Shown here piece by piece: positions 57,757 through 64,000 of a stretch of 64,000 nucleotides of DNA. Numbering within the stretch: the stretch's first letter is position 1; every line of letters begins with the position of its first letter. Position numbers and translations under genes: made by a program. The notes below the pieces were generated by a model. It did no database searches, was not told where the DNA came from, and saw only the letters and a program-made list of their open reading frames with translations. The DNA comes from an uncultured Eubacteriales bacterium (GTDB lineage Bacteria; Bacillota; Clostridia; Christensenellales; Aristaeellaceae). The stretch spans positions 9,328-73,327 of the forward strand of contig CALVNG010000002.1 in assembly GCA_944349545.1 (NCBI GenBank), read 5' to 3'.

Positions 57757-58923
57757 ATGAGCCTGTATCGACGCCTGATCGCTCTTTGCACATGCCTGCT
57801 CCTGCTGGCGGGCGCTTTTTCCGCACCGGCGGAGGAAATTTCCACAGACCCCGTCATGACTGCCGAGGAGGCCGAAGCCGTTGGTATTGAGGTGGAGGGC
57901 CTCGCTACGGAGGACGAGTCCGAGGCCGCTGCCGCCGGCGCGGAGGATCAGCCGGCGAGCATCGAGGGCCTCACGCCGCTGTATACCACCAAAATCAAGC
58001 CCTTTGTGGCCACGGGCACGGCTATCCGCATGCGGGCTTTGCAGGATGGCGAAAGCGACGTGGTGTGCTCCATCGACGCGGGCGAGACGATCACGGTCTA
58101 CGCGGTGTATCCCACCTATGTGCTGGCGGAGTACAACGGCTATGTGGGCTACGTCATCCGCACCTGGGTGGACGAGAACATGACCACTCTGGACCCTGAG
58201 AACACCCCGCCCTACGGCGTGGTGCTGTCCAAATATGTGGCCACGCTGACCGAGACGGCCAATATCTACGCCGAACCGTCGCTCAGCGCCGAGGTCAACG
58301 ACATCCATCCCGGCGCGGGCAGCAAGATTGCCATTCTGGATTTTGTGGATGGCTTTGCCAAGGTGCTGGTTTGGCGCAGCTACGGCTACATCGACGCGCG
58401 TGTGCTGACTGATCTGGTGGTGGTGGCGCAGGGCGACGAGCCCATGAGCGAGGAAACCCCCATCGCGGCGTTTTGCAGCTTCTTTGAGTATAACACGGGC
58501 GCTGAGGGCAACGACGGCCGCTGCAAGAACATCGTGCGCAGCTGCGAATCCATGACCCGCCTGATGCAGCCCGGCGAAAGCCTGGACTTCAACGCGCAGG
58601 TCGGCCCCTACAAAAAGAACAACGGTTACTTCCCCGCCCCCGTTCTGATTGACGGCGGCAGCCAGATCGGCTACGGCGGCGGCACCTGCCAGAGCAGCAG
58701 CACGCTGTACAACGCCATCCGTCAGGTGCCGGGCATCACGGTGCTCATGCGCCGTCCGCATGGACCGGGCTGCGCGCGCTACCTGCCCATGCATCAGGAC
58801 GCGGCGGTGGGCACCGACACGCTGAACCTGGTGTTCCGAAACGACTGCGAATACCCCATCTACGTGCTGGCGGAAAGCACGGGCGAAGGGACCCTGTGCA
58901 TTCAGATCTTCCGCGCGGACTGA
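57757..58923 (+). CDS. VanW-family protein with SH3-like repeats (paralogue of 35908..37221)
   Basis: The ATG at 57757 lies 9 nt after GAAAGGA (ORF opens at a TTG at 57751). Signal peptide MSLYRRLIALCTCLLLLAGAFSAPA. SH3b-like segments. VanW block GYGGGTCQSSSTLYNA. Confidence 0.7.
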   Translation: MSLYRRLIALCTCLLLLAGAFSAPAEEISTDPVMTAEEAEAVGIEVEGLATEDESEAAAAGAEDQPASIEGLTPLYTTKIKPFVATGTAIRMRALQDGESDVVCSIDAGETITVYAVYPTYVLAEYNGYVGYVIRTWVDENMTTLDPENTPPYGVVLSKYVATLTETANIYAEPSLSAEVNDIHPGAGSKIAILDFVDGFAKVLVWRSYGYIDARVLTDLVVVAQGDEPMSEETPIAAFCSFFEYNTGAEGNDGRCKNIVRSCESMTRLMQPGESLDFNAQVGPYKKNNGYFPAPVLIDGGSQIGYGGGTCQSSSTLYNAIRQVPGITVLMRRPHGPGCARYLPMHQDAAVGTDTLNLVFRNDCEYPIYVLAESTGEGTLCIQIFRAD

Positions 58924-58939
58924 GGGAGGCGGAGCGAGA

Positions 58940-60088
58940 ATGAACTTCAGGACACTGGGCGCGACCGGCATCCGCGTAGGCGAGCTCGGCATGGGATGCG
59001 AGGGCTTTATCGGCAAGAGCCGGCAGGAGGTGCGCGCCTTCCTGGACGAGATGGAGCGCGCGGGCGCCAATCTGATCGATCTGTATTCCCCTGACCCGGA
59101 GATGCGGTCGGCGCTCGGCAAGGCGATGGCCGGACGCCGGGAGCGGTTTGTGCTTCAGGCGCATCTGTGCACGACCTGGAAAAACGGGCAGTACGAGCGC
59201 ACCCGCGATATCGAAGCCGTACGCCATAGCTTTGAGGATCAGCTTGAGCGCCTGGGCACCCCATGGGTGGATATCGCCATGATCCACTATGTCGACTCGG
59301 CAAGCGACTGGAACGCCGTTGCCGACGGCGAGGTGATGCGCTATGCGCAGGCGCTCAGGCGCGAGGGACGCGCGCGGGCGGTGGGACTGTCCAGCCATAA
59401 CCCCGCAGCGGCACGGCTTGCGGTGGAGAGCGGGCAGATCGACGTGCTGATGTTCAGCGTCAACCCCTGCTACGATCTGCTGCCCGCCAACGAGGATGTG
59501 GAGCGCCTCTGGGCGGCGGAGAGCTACGCCGGGCCGCTTGTGAATATGGACCCGGAGCGCGAGGCGCTCTACGAGGCGTGCCAGCGCCGGGGCGTGGGCA
59601 TTACGGTGATGAAGGCCTTCGGCGGGGGTGATTTGCTCCATGCGCAGCTTTCGCCTGCGGGCAAGGCGCTGACGCCCTTTGAATGCCTGCATTACGCGCT
59701 CACGCGTCCGGCGGTGGCCGCGGTCCTGTGCGGCGCGCGCACGCTGGACCAGCTGAAGGGCTGCCTGGCCTATGAATCCGCCGCGCCGGAGGAAAAGGAC
59801 TATGCGGCGGCGCTGGCAGGTTTGCCCAAGATCAGCTGGCAGGGGCACTGTATGTATTGCGGCCACTGCGCGCCGTGCCCAAGCGGCATTTCCGTGGCGG
59901 ATGTGACCAGGTTTCTGAACCTGGCCCGCGCGCAGGGCGGGGCGCCGGAAACCGTGCGGGAGCACTACAGGGCGCTTGCGCATCATGCGGGCGAATGCGT
60001 GGGGTGCGGCGCGTGCGAAAAGCGCTGTCCCTTCGGAGTGCCCGTGAGGGAAAACATGGCGCGGGCAAGGGAAAGCTTCGGATACTGA
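58940..60088 (+). CDS. aldo/keto reductase fused to a C-terminal 4Fe-4S ferredoxin-type domain
   Basis: 382 aa. AKR-like N-terminus (MNFRTLGATGIRVGELGMGCEG, GLSSHN). C-terminal CMYCGHCAPCP and CVGCGACEKRCP cysteine clusters. Confidence 0.8.
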   Translation: MNFRTLGATGIRVGELGMGCEGFIGKSRQEVRAFLDEMERAGANLIDLYSPDPEMRSALGKAMAGRRERFVLQAHLCTTWKNGQYERTRDIEAVRHSFEDQLERLGTPWVDIAMIHYVDSASDWNAVADGEVMRYAQALRREGRARAVGLSSHNPAAARLAVESGQIDVLMFSVNPCYDLLPANEDVERLWAAESYAGPLVNMDPEREALYEACQRRGVGITVMKAFGGGDLLHAQLSPAGKALTPFECLHYALTRPAVAAVLCGARTLDQLKGCLAYESAAPEEKDYAAALAGLPKISWQGHCMYCGHCAPCPSGISVADVTRFLNLARAQGGAPETVREHYRALAHHAGECVGCGACEKRCPFGVPVRENMARARESFGY

Positions 60089-60089
60089 G

Positions 60090-60135
60090 GAAAGCCGTGA
60101 GGGGCGTGGATCAACCCGCGCCCCTCACGGCTTTC
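60090..60135. terminator. 17-bp-stem hairpin downstream of the AKR gene (no clear U-tract)
   Basis: GAAAGCCGTGAGGGGCG / CGCCCCTCACGGCTTTC form a perfect 17-bp stem with a 12-nt loop. Confidence 0.45.
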
Positions 60136-60281
60136 AAAAGAAACCTCATGCCTTGATGGCAACGCCAATGCCGGACGCGGGAGGCCCATCCAAAGGCATG
60201 AAGAGGAAAACGGCGTCCGAACAGCCAAAGACCGCCCCGCAGCCCCGCGGCCGCCCGGCGGTCTTTGCTTTTCGGCGCGCT

Positions 60282-60860
60282 TCACGCTCCGGGATTGGTT
60301 TGCGGCTGAGATACCATTGCGTTGCCGCCGCCGGTGATGGAACTGCCAATGTCCAGTACCTGCGTCTGCAACTCCTCAAAGGTGATCTGTCCATTATCCA
60401 GACTTTCACGCAGCTGATCGATTTTGTCCATGATGGCCTGGTCGTCCGTTACATGCACGGCGGTGATGGTCTTGTCCATGGCTTCTACGCGGGATTTAAC
60501 CATTTCCACCAGCCGGTCGGTTAAGCCGCCCTGGTACTGGGCATCATACGATATGCCCACCAGCGCGATGTTGCCGGCCACCACGGCTGCGGCGTCATCC
60601 AGCTCGCTGAGCTTTTCCACCTCTTCGCTCACATCGTCGCTCAACCGCCGCGCGTCCTCCACGGTGTTGACGCCGGCCGGCTGTACCGTTACGGAGGGCA
60701 TGGCGCTGGACGTAGGCGACTGCGTGGCCTGCGGCGTTGCGGAGGGCATCGCGCTGGCGCTGGGGGCTGGGCTGGGCAGGGTATCGGCATTGCTGGCGCA
60801 AGCGGAGAACAGCGCCAGGCCGAGCAGGGAGATTACCACAAGAGTCAAGGTTTTTTTCAA
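60282..60860 (-). CDS. YhcN/YlaJ-family sporulation lipoprotein
   Basis: 192 aa with a TTG start after AGGAGG. Lipobox LALFSACAS. The IALVGISYD...VKSRVEAMDKTITAVHVTDD pattern is typical of YhcN/YlaJ proteins. Confidence 0.7.
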   Translation of the reverse strand: MKKTLTLVVISLLGLALFSACASNADTLPSPAPSASAMPSATPQATQSPTSSAMPSVTVQPAGVNTVEDARRLSDDVSEEVEKLSELDDAAAVVAGNIALVGISYDAQYQGGLTDRLVEMVKSRVEAMDKTITAVHVTDDQAIMDKIDQLRESLDNGQITFEELQTQVLDIGSSITGGGNAMVSQPQTNPGA

Positions 60861-60938
60861 TGCTGTTCGCCTCCTCGCGGCTATTGTGTGCAGGAGCGGG
60901 GAGGCGAATGTGCGACAACTCTTCCCAGCATGCGGCGG

Positions 60939-61961
60939 TCAGCCCTGCCGGTCCAGCGAGCGGATGCGCCCGCAGATGAGATTGGTTACGTCGCCTGCAA
61001 GCTGAATCAGCCGCGGGTCGGTCAGCATTTCCAGGCACTGGCCCATCCTGCCGGAAATGGCGCTGATCAGGTATGGCGAACCGGTGAGGGACTGCTCGAT
61101 CAGGCCGAAAAGCGGGGCCTCCATGGCGTCGGTAAACACGCGGGCTGCACGGATAACGCCGCCGTCCACCTTGAGCTTGACCGTCACCTGTCCCCAGGGA
61201 AAGCGCTCCGACACGCTGAAGGTGGAGGCCATGGCCTCGGGATAGACCCATTTGGGATCGGAGAAGCGCACCGTGAGCGCGGCGATGGACTGGCCGTCCA
61301 GAATGCGCTCGTCCAACAAGGCTGGCTGCGCGCCATAAGCGCGGGCAAAGGCCCAGTAGAGGGCCTGTTCCAGCTCCTCAACGGATACGGCGGGGTTCAG
61401 CGCGCGCAGGTTGATCGTATGTGCCGCCGTATCCGGCGGGTTGGGCGCGGCAAGGTCCCCGCCCCCGGCCGACAGGAACTGCGCCATCTGGTCCAGACCG
61501 GTGTCCACGTACAGCGTGCCGTGATGCAGGGCGGCGGAACCGGCCTTGAAATATGCGTTGACGCTGAAACGGCGGCCCGCGGCGAACAGATCGCCCCGGC
61601 CCAGAGCCTGCGCCTGGATGCCGAACGCGCCGGCCGCCATGCCCAGGATGCTGAGCTGACGGGCGATATCAAACGCCGTTTTGGGAAGAATGAAGCTGAA
61701 GTTCAGGGCGCCCCGGTCCTGATAGACCGCCCCGCCGCCGCTCAGGCGCCGGGCGATATGGCCGCCCGCACTCAAAAAAGGGTCTACCCGGCACTCGTAC
61801 AGGGGGTTCTGACACCGGCCGATGGAGATGCAGCGGTCGTTTTGCCACAGATAGAGGATGGCCGTATCCTCCGGAAGGGTATCCATCAGATGCTTCTCAA
61901 TGGCCAGGTTGCGATAGGGATCGCCATCAAGTGCGATCAGGCAGGCGGTACGTCGGATCAT
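60939..61961 (-). CDS. lplA: lipoate-protein ligase A
   Basis: 340 aa. Contains DPYRNLAIEKHL, RRLSGGGAVYQD.GALNFSFI and the lysine context GRRFSVNAYFK. Confidence 0.85.
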   Translation of the reverse strand: MIRRTACLIALDGDPYRNLAIEKHLMDTLPEDTAILYLWQNDRCISIGRCQNPLYECRVDPFLSAGGHIARRLSGGGAVYQDRGALNFSFILPKTAFDIARQLSILGMAAGAFGIQAQALGRGDLFAAGRRFSVNAYFKAGSAALHHGTLYVDTGLDQMAQFLSAGGGDLAAPNPPDTAAHTINLRALNPAVSVEELEQALYWAFARAYGAQPALLDERILDGQSIAALTVRFSDPKWVYPEAMASTFSVSERFPWGQVTVKLKVDGGVIRAARVFTDAMEAPLFGLIEQSLTGSPYLISAISGRMGQCLEMLTDPRLIQLAGDVTNLICGRIRSLDRQG

Positions 61962-62075
61962 CTGCTTCCACGGCCTTTCTGAGAATGGTCATCCACCAAT
62001 TGCTTTCAAAATGTTATTTTTCGGCACAGACGACCGGTTCTCCTGCGTAATGGGAGCGGCCTGTGCCCTTTCGTC

Positions 62076-62114
62076 AAAAAAAGCGGCACGCGCACGATAC
62101 TCCGCGCGTGCCGC
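62076..62114 (-). terminator. rho-independent terminator of the ABC transporter operon
   Basis: Stem GCGGCACGCGC / GCGCGTGCCGC. On the minus strand it is followed by TTTTTTT. Confidence 0.75.
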
Positions 62115-62146
62115 ACAGGCGGGCTGGCCCGCCCCGGGAACGGTCA

Positions 62147-63226
<1,080 letters not shown>

Positions 63227-63259
63227 GGTTCCAACTCCTTTATCGAAAATGCGGGCGCA

Positions 63260-64000
63260 TCAGATGGAGAACTCGCCCTTGGTGAGCTTGTTGAGGATGA
63301 AGTTGAGCGCCACGACCACCAGCAAAATGCCAAACGCCATCGCAGACGCCTGCTGCTGACTGGTATAGGTCCAGTAATAATGCAGCATGTAGCCGATGAC
63401 CTGCGTGTCGCGGCTGTAGAGCAGCGTGGACATGGACAGCTCATAGAAACAGGGAATAAAGATCAGGAACCAGCCCGCCGCGATGGAGGGGAAGATCAGC
63501 GGCACCGTGACCTTGAACATCGTGCGCAGCCATCCGGCACCGGAGGCCTGGGAGCTTTCCTCCAGCGAAACATGGATCTGGCTCATGGCCGAAACCACCG
63601 TGCGCATGCCCATCATGAGGTATTTGATGAGGTAGGCGATGATCATGATGGCGGCGGTGTTGTAGAGGTTGATGCCGAACTTGCCGTTCATGGTCATGAT
63701 CAGGCCCAGGGCGATGACCACGCTGGGCGTGCCGGAGCCCAACGTGATGAGGAAGTCCGGGATCTTGCGGCCCCTGACCCGCGTGCGCTGCAGGAGGTAG
63801 GCCATGGTAAAGGAGATGATGATGCCGATGGTGGCCGCCGCTGCCGCAAAGGTGATGGAGTTGATCAGACTTTCGATGATATCGTCACGGCCAAAGATCT
63901 TGGTCCAGTGCATGGTGGTGAAGTTGTTGGCTTCAAACAGCCCCTTGCCGAGATTCTTCTTGACCGAAGTGGTGGCGATGGTGATGAAGGGGATGACGAT
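63260..64000 (-). CDS. ABC transporter permease (iron(III)/polyamine-type), 5' part outside the window
   Basis: The frame is open from 63260 to the window end. EAA-like loop EESSQASGAGWLRTMFKVTVPLIFP. Sits directly upstream of the ATPase gene in the same operon. Confidence 0.8.
   Translation of the reverse strand: MVIPFITIATTSVKKNLGKGLFEANNFTTMHWTKIFGRDDIIESLINSITFAAAAATIGIIISFTMAYLLQRTRVRGRKIPDFLITLGSGTPSVVIALGLIMTMNGKFGINLYNTAAIMIIAYLIKYLMMGMRTVVSAMSQIHVSLEESSQASGAGWLRTMFKVTVPLIFPSIAAGWFLIFIPCFYELSMSTLLYSRDTQVIGYMLHYYWTYTSQQQASAMAFGILLVVVALNFILNKLTKGEFSI

Overview
A 64-kb chromosomal segment, high in G+C (by eye well above 60%). It most likely comes from a spore-forming member of the Clostridia. 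This is an inference from an alpha/beta SASP gene, a YhcN/YlaJ sporulation lipoprotein, a split MetH and Firmicute-type sigma-A promoters. I call 53 protein-coding genes, almost all housekeeping:
- metF, a MetH activation-domain gene and metH
- glgP, addA, hslO, uvrC
- a six-gene arginine operon, argG-argC-argJ-argB-argD-argF
- serC-serA, galM, guaB, lplA
- an ECF sigma/anti-sigma pair, several transporters and cell-wall proteins

I found no rRNA, tRNA, CRISPR array, transposase or integrase.

Observations that stand out:
1. A roughly 1.6-kb AT-rich islet sits between the arg operon promoter and the serA terminator. It carries a translationally coupled BglII/BamHI-like restriction endonuclease and an MT-A70-family (DPPW) methyltransferase.
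2. Two parS centromere-like sites lie 7.2 kb apart. One is the perfect palindrome TGTTTCACGTGAAACA inside metH. The other is a 15/16 match in the glgP/addA divergent region. This suggests an origin-proximal location.
3. A six-gene transporter-like locus has two paralogous 770-aa solute-binding proteins with long N-terminal extensions, two CUT1-type permeases, a HlyD-like adaptor and an atypical MacB-PCD membrane protein. It has no ATPase.
4. An uncharacterised four-gene TPR / HEAT-like / HD / zinc-ribbon module lies downstream of hslO.
5. A perfect 2 x 21-bp tandem duplication lies just upstream of a consensus guaB promoter.

I see no hallmark of a known multi-gene defence system beyond the R-M pair. 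The candidates for something novel are flagged as inference. The many long ORFs antisense to real genes are treated as high-GC artefacts.
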